In this document: positions 1 to 12,000 of the stretch, piece by piece
How the letters are laid out: the number at the start of each line of letters is the position of its first letter
How positions within the stretch are numbered: the stretch's first letter is position 1
From: Felis catus
Taxonomy: Eukaryota
NCBI RefSeq assembly: GCF_018350175.1
Contig: NC_058369.1
Location: 8,494,001 to 8,558,000 of the forward strand
Direction: 5' to 3'
DNA: 64,000 bases
Notes under the pieces: generated by a model
The model's database searches: none
What the model was told of the DNA's origin: nothing
Seen by the model: only the letters and a program-made list of their open reading frames with translations
Position numbers and translations under genes: made by a program

Positions 1-60
1 TTCTCCCGCACATCATACAGGGCCAAGATGCCAAAGATGGGCTCAATCTCGATTTCAAAC
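1..60 (-). CDS. DOCK6: DOCK6 exon 8 (partial, runs off the window)
   Basis: cgtag|G TTT GAA; [19 protein letters not shown]. Confidence 0.93.
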
Positions 61-3000
61 CTACGGTGAACGGGGACTCTCTGGCAGAGGCTGCCCCTAA
101 TACTTGTACCATCCACACACCCCAGTCCCTCTTGAGACCCGGCCCAGCCTTGGTGCATCGTGGTGGCGGGCATCTAATTTCCACTGGGCCACAAAGAATT
201 GCTGCTTACGGGCTTCCAGGAAAAGCCTGTCCCATTTTGCAAATAGGGAAACTGAGGCATTAAGCCCCCCCCCGCCCCCCCCCCCAGTAACTCACACAGA
301 GCCCTTCCCCCGAAAATATGGCCCTTATTCAGATGGGATGGAGGAAGCTTTTGCCACGAGAGTGCCCCTCATCGTGAAATTCTCACCTCCTGGGCCTCGC
401 TGTGCCCCCCTCTCTGGGGTGTCCTCAGCCACCCCGGGCTGAGCTCCCACTTCGCTTGCCTGCACCGTCCCTGTAACCACCGTCCCGTCTTATTCTGCCC
501 TGCTGGCCCCCACTCACCATGTGAGCCCTAAGGAAGCATTTTAAAACTTAAAATGTGAGGGACGCCTGGGTGACTCAGCCGGTTAAGTGTCTGGCTTCGG
601 CTCAGGTCAGGATCTCACAGATCGTGAGTTCGAGCCCCGCGTGGCGCTCTGTGCTGACAGCTCAGAGCCTGGATCCTGCTTCAGATTCTGTGTCTCCCTC
701 TCTCTCCGCCCCTTCCCCACTCACACTCTGTCTCTCTCTCGAAAAATAAACATTAAAAAAAAAAACACCTCAAAATTTGAGGCTCCCCAGTGTGCTGAAA
801 ACAAAATCCTACAGGGCTCCGTCCCGCCCACCTCTTGGCCTCATTTTTCCCCTCTTCAGACATCTCCCAGCCTTCGGGTGTGCCCTGTCCTCCCACCCAG
901 AGGGCCCTGTATGGTCATCCCACGGTTACAAGGTCCTGGATACGGTAGGTAGTGTTTGTTGAATGACTGGATATTCAAAGAGCTGGTTCCCAACCCTACT
1001 GCTTGGGACGGGCCTCAGGCCACACCAGGGCCTCCCTTTCCTGCCCCCATCCAGGCAGGAACTCAGGGTGGGGAGGGGCAGTGCTGGGCTTAGGTCCAAG
1101 GCCACATCCTGTTCAGCTCAATTCCCACGCACTTCTGGCTGCTTCCCGGGGAGGGGCTGATGTGGAGGGGACCTCGGTCAGCTAGAAGTCAGGTCCGGGG
1201 TCACCAGCGCCCCCTCTGGCCTGGGTCCTGGCAGAGCCAGTACCAGATTCTGGCCTCCTAAGTCATGTGATCTCGGGCACAGTGACTTCCACCCTGTGCC
1301 TCAGTTTCCCCACCTGCGCCTACCTCACAAGGTTGTGGTGAAGATTGGAGGTCGTACGTGTGCAGGGCTGAGAACGCAGCCCGGCACATAGTTGGTGCTT
1401 AAGGACCCGGTGGCTTTGAATAACGACGAAAGGAAGTCATTTCCCACCTCAAAGCGCACAGATGACCTCACGGGCCCCAGGGCCACACACGGTAACAGCC
1501 TGGCTTGAGTAGTGGGCCCCAAGTGTGTGCCCGCACCATACCCCACGCGGGGCCTCGCGGGTCTGGAGGGAGGCGTGGGTCAGCACACTTACTTCAGCGA
1601 CAGACACTTGACCAAGATCCTCTGTCCGAAGTGCTCACGGGGCGGCTCGGGGCGGCTGCAGCGTTCCACGGCCTCGTCCTGCCAAGAACCGGGGAGGGCA
1701 GCTGGGACACACCCGTTACGAAGGGCTTGGAACGTGGGGCCCGAGGCCAGCTCTGCCCCCCGACCTGACTTAAGTTTCTTTGGCACATCCCATTGCCCCA
1801 GGCTGGAACCCCCTTCTTCTCCCCTCCTTGTCATCGTCCAGGTGGCTTAGCGGGCACTTCCTCCCTGATCCCTGAGGCCTGAGCAGGGACCTCGTCCAGG
1901 TGTTCACCATGTCACATGGCCGGGACCCAGAGGGCCATGTGAGGGCCAATTACCGGCGACTCATCATGACATTACTCCATCTGGGTTGCAATTTCTTGGT
2001 AGGAGGGTCTCTCCTCCACAGGGCAGGGACGGAGTCTACCCTGTTCATGGCTGTACCTCCAGGACTTGCCATTCGTGTCGGTCAAGCAAATACAGAAGTA
2101 TACAGTAGGCACCTCCTCAAAGTTGGTTGGATAAACACAGACGTATACAGAAAACATTAGATTAACACTGCCTGGACGTTCACAGGGGTATATACTAGGC
2201 TCCCGACAAATACTGCTGAATAAACATAGGAGTGAGTATACAGTAAGCACTTGATAAATGGCTGGATGAAAACACAGGTGTCTACACTAGGTTCCCAATA
2301 AAAGTGAGTTGGTAGGGGCTGGCTTGGTCAGTGCAGATGTGACTCTTAGCCTCAGGGAGGTGAGTTCGAGCCCTGAGTTGGGCACAGAGGTTATTAAAAA
2401 AAAAAAAAAAAAAGTCGGTCGGATAAATACAGGTACTGGAGACATACTAATTGCTGAAATGCTGTTTGATTAAATAAAGGACTATAGGGGCACCTGGTGG
2501 CTCAGTCCGTTGAGCGTCCGACTTCGGCTCAGGTCAGGATCTCACGGTTCGTGGATTCGAGCCCCGAGTTAGGCTCTGTGTTGACAGCTCAGAGCCTGGA
2601 GCCTGCTTCGGATTCTGTGTCTGCCTCTCTCTGCCCCTCCCTGGCTCACACGTGCACACACGCACGTTCTCTCTCTCTCTCCAAAATGGGTAAACATTAA
2701 AAAAAATTTTTGTAAATAAAGGACTATACAATAGGTATACAATTAACATCGGTTGAATAGAGAGGTATATAGTAAGTGCCCAATAAATGCTGGGTGGATA
2801 AATAAAGGAGTATATATACAATAAAAGCCACTGAATAAAAATACACGGTATACACTAGGTGCCCAATAAATGTTAGCTGGATAAATATAGTCATATATAG
2901 TAGGTGCTCAATAAATACCAGTTTGATTAAATTGGTTTTTTTTTAATTTTAATTATTTTTGAGAGACAGTGCATGAGAAGGGGAGAGAGGCAAAGGAAAG

Positions 3001-6000
3001 AGAGAGAACCTTTAAAAAAAACCCTTTTTTTTAATGTTTTATTTATTTTTGAGAGACAGAGTGTGAGTGGGGAAGGGGAGAGAGGGAGAGAGGGAGAGAG
3101 GAAGAGAGAGAGAGAGAGAGAGACGCCGAATCAAAGCAGGCTCCAGGTTCCGAGCTGTCAGCACAGAGCCCGATGCGGGGCTTAAACTCACGGACCACAA
3201 GATCATGATCTGAGCCGAGGTCGGACACTTAACTAACTGAGCCACCCAGGTGCCCCCGAGAGAGACAGAATCTTCAGTGGCCTCCATGCTCAGCACAGAG
3301 CCCAACATGGGGCTCAATCCCATGATCATGACCCGAGCCCAAATCAAGAGTCAGACACTCAACGGACTGAGCCACCCGGGCAGCCCAATTAGATTGTTTG
3401 ACTAAAGAGAAGGCTATACTGCGGCATATATTAAGTATTGGTTGAATGAATATAGGAGTCTATGGTAGGTGCCCAATAAATGCTGGCTGGATAAATATAA
3501 GGGCATGTAGGAGGCATCCAATAAAAGGAACTGAATTTAAAAACACGGGGGTATACAGTAGGCAACCAGAGAATGTTGGTGGGATACCAACATACCACAT
3601 AGGGTCAGTCGCATGGGTACTGGCCTCGGGGCCCGTGTGGGCCTGTGGGCACCCACCTCATCGGGTGCTGGGTAGAGGGCCAGCAGGGCGCGGGGCCGGT
3701 GCTGTCGCCGCAAGGCCTCGTTCCGCCGGTCCACATCTTCAGGGGCTGTGCGTTCCAGCAGCGAGGGCAGCAGTGAGTCAGCTGCCAAGTTCCTCAGGTC
3801 GAAGATGCCAGAGGCCCCACTGCTTCGAGGGGTGTCATCCAGGGAGCCCGAGGAGTGCCGGGGGTCATCCTGCCAGGGGAGAACGCACAAGCACTGAGCA
3901 CCAGCTGGATGCACCTCTACCCCACTCAGAGGCGTCCTCATGCCCAATCAACGGATGGGAAAGCTGAGGGTCATGGGGTGGGGTTACCACTACAAGGGTC
4001 ACTGTGAGGCTTTGCTAAGCCTCTTTCTAGAACCTTCTGCCCCTCCTTTACCATTGTTGGAGGAGGCTACTCCTAAGCTTACTACTCATCTGGCCAATCA
4101 GGACACGACATCTGCCGGCCCCAGGGATTGGCGGCAAAGTAAGGCCATGTCTGGGTTGGGCCAATGAGAGCCTTCCGTGATGCTTTGCTCACTGTTGTCA
4201 GGGGAGGGAGAGGTCTTCCCATTGGAGCTGTCACTGGCTCAGGGCCCTGCCTCACCTCCTAGACTCGGTTGTGGTCAGAGCCAGACTACCCTGGTTCAAA
4301 TTCCCACTCAGCTCTGTGACCCTGTGTCCCTGAACCCAACTCAAAGGCCCTCAGCTTCCCCATCTACATCTGAAACTAGTAACAATGGAAACGATAACAA
4401 TAATTCTTGGTAGGATTATCGTTGGCATAAAGTAGGAGCCCAGTGAATATTGGTTGACAAAATTTCGGCTCAAGACCCACTAGGCCAGTGACATTCTCCT
4501 AATCACCGCGCTGTGCCTCGGTTTCCTCCTTTCTTTCTCTTTTTAAAAAAAAAATATTTATTTTTGAGAAAGAAACACAGAGCGTGAGCGAGAGAGGGGC
4601 AGAGAGAGGGAGACACAGAATCAGAAACAGGCTCCAGGCTCTGAGCTGTCAGCACAGGGCCCGACGCGGGGCTCGAACTCACAAACCGCGAGATCACGAC
4701 CTGAGCCGAAGTCGGACGCTTAACCGACCGAGCCACCCAGGCGCCCCTGGGCCTCGGTTTCTTATCGGCAAAACGGGTGTTGCCCTGCCTCACGGGATGA
4801 AAGATGAGGACCAGTAGAAAGTATTTAGTACACGCTAAGCACTTAATAAATGTTTATAATTATTACCCTTAACTTTTAACCCACGGGGCTGATACGTTTC
4901 CTTTTGGAGTCGAGACTGTTTGGGTCACTTCCCATCACATGGGACCGACAGCTGGGGCCTAGAGCTCACACACACCCCTAAGGTGACCCCTGCCCGGGGC
5001 TCCCTCACCGAGTCCTCTGGGCCGGACCTCTCATCCCCAGAAGTGTCCTGCTCAAAGACCTGGCGGGTGAGGCCCTTTTGCCGCTCTCGCTGAGTCTCTG
5101 TGGTGATGGGGCTGAACGCCGCGCTCAGATGCTGGTACCTGGGAGGAGGGAGGGCTGGGTGGGTAGCAGGGAGAAGGGCACACCCACCCTGCAATACACC
5201 AGAGAAGACCCACCGGAGAAGTCCGGCCGTCCTTGTGGGCACAGCGGCCAACAAACAGGAGGACTAGCCCAACGGGCTCTCCTGGGCTCAGACCGGGCCT
5301 CTTGACCCTCTCCCCCGAGCTGCCCCCCAAGCCAGACCCACCTCCTGTGGGCGATGATCCAATCCTCCGTGTACATCTCCACCGCGGCCCTCACCTGGGC
5401 ATCCAGCTTTCTGCACAAAATATAATCAGGGTAAACAGAGGCAGGGCACAGTGTTAATCCTTCCAGCGGCCTGAGGTGGGTCCTACCCCCCTGCCTGTTA
5501 TAGAGAAGTGGAGACAGAAGCTCAGAGAGGGAGGGTACCTCACCCAAGGCCACACAGCCGAGCCAGGAGTTGAACTTGGGGCCATTGGAGCTTGACGGAA
5601 AGGGGGCGCTGATGAGGGGCATGGAGGCAGAACTGAGTTACAGACAAGGAGGGCCTGGCGCCGAACGCACCCATCCTCGGGGGTCCCGGGCTCCGTGGTC
5701 CGGCATTCCCGGGGCTGTAACAGCAGCTCGAGGTCATCAGCTGGAAACTCGGCCAGGTCCCGGAGGGGCCCGGGTTCGGCATCTGGAGGCCGGCTCAGGA
5801 GCACATCCTCGAAGTCCAGGGGCTCAATGACTTCAGTCAGTGGGACCTGGGTTGGAGCAGACTGGCTGTGGCCCCCGCCCTGGGGGCTGAGAGTGGGGGT
5901 GAGCGTGGGCTTGGGCTCGGGTAAGAGGGCGGTGGGAGCCATAGAGAGTGTTGGAGCTGTGAGGAGCCAAGGAGGACAGTGACCTCAGACTCTCTACCCG

Positions 6001-9000
6001 CATCCCAGAGCGGCCTGCCCCGCCCCTCTTTCCAGGCAGGAAATCACACCCTGTGCCTGGAGGGGCAGGGCTCTGCTGGAAGGAAAGGCATGTGGGCTGC
6101 AGCGAAGAAAGACAATTCCTAAGGCTCCCTCCCTCTCCCAGCAGCTGGAAGTACCTCCCATCCCCCAACCCCCGCCGGTCCCCATCTGGGTGGTCCAGGC
6201 AGCAGGAGGTGGGGCGACCTCAGGGTGACCACCCACGGGGCTGCAGCGAGGGGACTACCCTCCCCACTCACAGAGAAAGAGAGTGGGGACAGTCCCTCCG
6301 GGCACTAGTGGGAGGGGCGGGTGTGACCAAGGCCCAGCAGAGGGGGTTCCCCATGTCGTCAGCCAGAGAGCAGGGTCCTGGAGGGGTCACCTCCCAAACA
6401 CGTACCCCCAGGGAGCCGCTGCTGCGTCTGCTGGAGTGGGGGGAGCCACTGCGCTCCCGGGACACCTGCTTCCGTACCTCCGCAGCCACCGTCCTGCGGG
6501 GACAGAAGGGGGCCACTGGGGACACGAACACTGGGGCAGTGGGGCCCAGAGAACTCCACTTCGGGCCAATAAATCCCTTCTCAGAGACGAAAATCCAGGC
6601 TGTGGAAGGGAAAAACCAGGCCCCGGACCAGGAGAATCTAGGCTTCAGAATCCACAGATCTCAGCCCAGAGGTCCCAGGACCACCCCCAAGCTGGGCCTG
6701 GGGCCCTCCCAACCCCCACTAAGCACAGATGGAAGGAATTGCTCCTGGCAGAGCATGAGGGTCACAGATCCTTCTCTATCCGTGGCACCCACCAAGGGTC
6801 TAAGTCCTGGCTGGCCGGCTCCCTGGTCCCCAACCTCGGCTCCCTCATCTGGGGGACCCGCGTCCACCCTGCCTCCCATCCAGAATATGTGCCCCGTCCC
6901 ACCCTTGCTGTGGGGCTTTGGACAAGTTACTCCTGCCTCTGAGCCTCAGTTTATCCATCTGTACCTGAAGTTCCAGGCAAAAGATACGGTAAGTACAAAG
7001 ACTCTAAGGCTAGGCTGTGAGCTCCTAGACCCCCGGTCCCCCCGGGGTCACTATGAAGGCAGGACAAGGGCTACGTGTCCCCAGCAACAGCCCCGCATAT
7101 AGTAGCTACTCAATAAATATTTTAAAACGTTAAGCTATGTATTTTTGAGAGACGGAGGGAGGGAGAGCACAAGGCGGGGAGCGGCAGAGAGGGGCACACA
7201 GAATCTGAAGTAGGCTCCAGGCTCCCAGGTGTCAACGCAGAGCCCAACACGGGGCTCAAACCCATGAACCGCGAGATCATAACCTGAGCCGAAGTCAGAC
7301 GCCTAACTGGCTGAACCACCCAGGTGCCCCTCAATAAATTTTTCTTGGTGAAATGAGTGAATCCCTCCCAATCTTCCCCCTGGTCCAACTTGACTGAACC
7401 CACTGTTAGAAGCCGCAGACATTTTAGCTGTGTGGCTTTGGGCTGGTGGACGCCCTTTCTGGGCCTCAATCCCTCTTAAAATTGAGAAGGCAATTGCCTG
7501 GGTGTTTGGGCCTTACTCCCTTCTATTTTCCACTTTTCTGTGTGCCGGGGAGTTTTCCCAATAAAAAGTTATACCCCCCAAAAAGCACGATGCTGGGGCA
7601 CCTGGGTGCCTCAGTCCATTAAGTGTCCGACTTTGGCTCAGGTCACCATCTCACGGTTCGTGAGTTCGAGCCCCGCGTCAGGCTCTGTGCCGACAGCTCA
7701 GAGCCTGGAGCCTGCTTCAGATTCTGTGTCTCCCTCTCTCTCTGCCCCTCCCCTGCTCGCGCGCTCGCTCCCTCTCAAAAACAAATAAAATAAAAACATT
7801 TTTTAAAAATACAGAAATAAAAATTTTAAAAAAGCACTATGCCGATTGCCAACCTACGGCCCATGGGCCACCGATGAAATGGATGCGTGCAGTGGGGCTC
7901 AGGTAAGACAGGTGGGGGCGGGGGTCATCTGGAAGCCTCTGAATTCAAATCCGTGTAGGTCAAACAAACTTGACCGTGACCCTGATCCAACATGGGGGCC
8001 TCCAGTGGAGACCTCAGCCTCACTCCTCTGTCTCCGCGTTGTTTATTTTCTTTGTTAATGGTCCCAGAGTCTTGCTTCTGCTGGTTGGGGTTTAGGGGGA
8101 GATGGTGGAGGATCTTCTAGGAAATTCAAAGGTTGTGCAAAATGAGGTATGGGCCCTCAAGTTCCCAACGTTGGGGCTGTCTCTTCTGGAAGCCTGGGCA
8201 CCCAGGGTCTTGGGGGATGATTTATGAAAGACGCCAGGACAGGGCACCGGTCTGTGCCCTGGTCCCAGATGTTCTACAGCTGTTACCCCAGAGCAGGGAG
8301 AGGGGAGGAGGGCACCCCCTCTCTGGACCTCTGGGCTCAGGACAGTACCCACACCTTAATGAAGTGTTCTGAGTGTAGTGCTTGGCACACAGTAAGTGCT
8401 CAATTAAGGCTTGCTGTAAGCATGTTGCCTCGAAAGGATCCCGAGAAACTGGAATCGCTGGACCTTCTTTTTATGCCAAAAGGGGGTGAGGCTCAGAGAG
8501 GGGTGGTAAGGCGCTCAGGGTCACACAGCAGGTGGCCAGGATCAAACCCCTGGGGGCCAGAGGGCAGAGTCTATGCCCTCCAGCATCTGCCATTCCACGT
8601 GGCCTGTGATGGGGAGCGGGGCTGAGAACAGGGGCTCAACCTGCCTCTTCCATGTCCACACTCGCCCCCCACAGTGGTCCCATCCAGCCTCCGGGTTTCA
8701 GCACCATCTAAACAACGACAATCCTCGAGTCCATTCGGTGAGATACCTGCCTCCTTTGCATGCCCTCGCGGGGTCCTGCAGGCATGCGCCATCACCGTAA
8801 CCCTGCCTTCCCAGCATCCTCCTGTCTCCCTAAGGGCAGCCCCGCCCTCTGGGGTGCTCAGGACCCGCGCCTGGGAGGCACCCCCAATGCCCCTCTCTTT
8901 CTCATCCCCACATCAGATCTGCTTCAGACGGCCCCGTGGAGCACATTTTTAAAAAGGAGGCAAGACGTTGAGCTGACTGTGGTGGTTTTTCTCAGGAAGG

Positions 9001-12000
9001 GATTTCAGAATTGCAATGGCAAAAAATGTCAAGATCAGGCGGTGGGTTACAGCCGCCGGTGAGATAAATCCTCCAACGGAGTGTCACCCTATGTGACACT
9101 GTAGAGACGCTCAGAGGGGAAAGGGTAAGCAGTGGCGTCACTGGGAAATTCAGGAGAGACAGTGGACCTCACCCCAGGGCTGGCCAGATTAACAGAAGTC
9201 TAGCCTCACCGGGGAGGAGGATAAAACCAGAACCAAGAATGGCATAAGCCTCTGACGTTACATGTTCCCACCTGTGTAAAAAGCGAGAGAATAGGCGTGC
9301 CCGCGTGGCTCAGTCGGTTACGCATCCGACCCTTGATTTTGGCTCGGGTCGTGATCTCGAGGTTCGTGAGTTCAAGCCCCACGTCGGGCTCTGCACTGAC
9401 AGTGCGGAGCCTGCTTGGGATTCCCTTTTTCTGCCCTTCCCCCGCTCTCTCTCTTTCTCAAAATAAACAAAACTTAAAAAAGAAAAAGACTTAAGTTTTT
9501 TAAAAAAGAAAAGACCTTTTAAAAAACTTAAAAAAAAAAAAGAGAAGAATATGAATCCTTATAAAACCCCAGTGATTCCTCCTTATACCCCACCCCTAGC
9601 CTTCCTGGACCGTCAGAACATTCTAAAGACAAAGAATCAGGGGCACCTGGGTGCCTCGGTCAGGTGGGCGCCCAACTTCACTCGGGTCATGATCTCACAG
9701 TTCGTGGGTTCGAGCCCCGCATCGGGCTCTGTGCTGACAGCTCGGAGCCTGGAGCCTGCTTCGGACTCTGTGTCTCCCTCTCCCTGCCCCTCCTCTGCTC
9801 ACGCTCTGTCTCTCTCTCAAAAATAAACAAACATTAAATAAAGACAAAGAGTCTGCCTGCCCGTGAGGATATGAAGCCACAGGAACTCTCATCTGCTGCT
9901 GGGGGAGCCCCTTTGGAAAATTATCGGTAATTATCAAGCAAAGTTGAAGATCTGCCAATCCAGCCATTTCACTGAGGGGTAGACACTCAGGAGGAAACGC
10001 GTGGCTGAGAACGTGCCCGGCAGCCGAGGTCATGACAGCCCCCCATGCTCCTCAACAGGACATGGAGAATACACTGGCTGGGAAATAGTATGCAGCGAGG
10101 AAAAAGGAGGGACCCGACTACAGGCTGAGGCCCAGATGAGCCCTCCTGCTTGACATTGTGTTGGGTGAGACTCACTCGGCACCCAGGACTCGACGTCCCG
10201 TGTGATCCCACTTGTGAGACATTCTAAACAGGCAAAGTCAACCCGTGCCAGGCAGGGAGCCAGCTCGGATCGCGAAAACCATAATGCAAATGAGGAAGGG
10301 GTGGGAGTCGCCATCAGCGTGGTAGGTCCCTGAGGGACACAACTGGGTGCAGATCAGGAGGGGCTGCTGGGTTGGGTGGCCCTTTAAGTAAACTACCCCC
10401 AGCGTGGGGCTTGACCCCATAATCCTGAGATCAAGAGTCCCATGCTCCACTGATGGAGACAAACAGGCGCCCCCCCCCTCCCGCCATTTATAAGTACTCT
10501 TTAAACTTTGTACTTTTCTAGATGCATGTCAAATGTCATGATTTTTTCTAAAGGTAAAAAAATAGGAATATATGCACGTGCTCACGTTTGTAGACATATT
10601 TGGGGACAGGGGTGGGAGGGAGCCATTTCCTTGAAATCCCAAAGACCCTTCTGGAATTTTCAACGCATGTCTCATTGCCCTCCAACAAATCACTACTTCG
10701 AGAGTGACCTAACCGCTTTGAGTCCAGCCTGCAACAGTTAAACCCACGGGGAGCCCGGGTGGCTCAGTCGGTGGAGCATGATTTCAGCTCAGGTCACGAT
10801 CCCAGGGTCGTGGGATCAAGCCCAACGTCGGGCTCCGCCCCGCGTTTGGGGCACCTCGGTGGCTTAGTTGGTTAAGCGTGCAACTTCAGCCCAAGTCATG
10901 ATCTCATGATTCATGGGTTTGAGCCCCGTATCCAGCTTTGCACTGACAGCACGGACCCCGCTTCAGATTCTGTCTCCCTCTCTCTCTGCCCCTCCCTCAC
11001 TCGTGCTCTCTCTCAAAAATAAATATAAACGTTTTTGAAAAGTGTAAAAAAAAAAAAAAAAAGATTCTCTCTCTCCCTCTTTCTCTGCCCCTTCCCCACT
11101 CGCTTGGGTGTGGGTATGCACTCCCTCTCTCAAAAATAAATATAATGAATTAATTGATCTTGAAGTCATGAGCTCACGGTTCGTGAGATCGAGCCCCATG
11201 TCGGGCTCTGTGCTGACAGCCGAGCCCCCTTATGATTCTTTCCCTCTCTCTCTCTCTCTCTCTCAAATTAAATACACTTTAATTAATTAATTAAAAAAAG
11301 AATACTAAAAAAACCTAGCTACACCTTTGTCAACAGGCTCTGGTGATTCCCGACGGGACCAGCATACAATAAATATATTGTAAGTGCTGGTCATTACCAC
11401 CGTTCCATATCGTATTTTACTTTAAACAGTACAAGTGAAAAAACAAACAAGTTATATTGCACGCAATAGCGTCTGTCCACGTTATTTACATGTATAAGAA
11501 TTTATGGTTTTACGTTATCTCCCCAAACTCTTTTCTTTTCTTTAAGAATCTGTTCATTAGGAAACTGGGGGACTGTTTAATATTCGGGTTAACACGGCAC
11601 TGCGGAGTGAATGACTGAATGAATGAACAGATGAAAAGAGGTCCAGGTCTGAGCAAGTGGACCCCGGTGTCCACTAGGCTGCAATGGAGACCCTGTTGGA
11701 GGATGACTGGAAGCCTTGAGCCACTTGCTTGTGGTTCCCTGGGGCCCCAGGATCATTCTCTGCTCTTCTTACCCTGGGCTCTACAGGGTCCGTTCCCCAG
11801 GACTTCTCTCATTCATTTGAGTGGAAGCCCGGACCCAAGGACAGAGACTGCGTGGCAAAGAAATGGGTTCGGAGATGCCAAAGGTCCGACACAGACAGAC
11901 GATTCAGGAACATGAAGATAGCAGAACACAAAAATCGCCTGACCACTATGCTCCTGACACATGGCTACACCCTTCAGAACGCTTCGTGACTTCCACCCCG

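Noticed and set aside
558-640. tRNA-like sequences (A/B boxes) at SINE heads
   Set aside because: They continue into the SINE body and poly(A) tail; they are not tRNA genes.
2085-3600. Regularly spaced repeats as a CRISPR-like array
   Set aside because: Mammalian DNA; the units are degenerate and contiguous, without identical repeats and unique spacers.
6053-7102. 349-aa plus-strand ORF, the longest in the track
   Set aside because: Antisense to DOCK6 exon 2 and intron 1, GC-rich, Pro/Gly/Arg-biased, GTG start and no recognisable domain.
8698-8706. TTCAGCACC as an RE1 site
   Set aside because: Left half-site only; no GGACAG right half.
11455-11468. Palindrome TATTGC-AC-GCAATA as a C/EBP site
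   Set aside because: Spacing is 2 nt longer than the canonical TTGCGCAA, and it lies in AT-rich, probably repeat-derived sequence.
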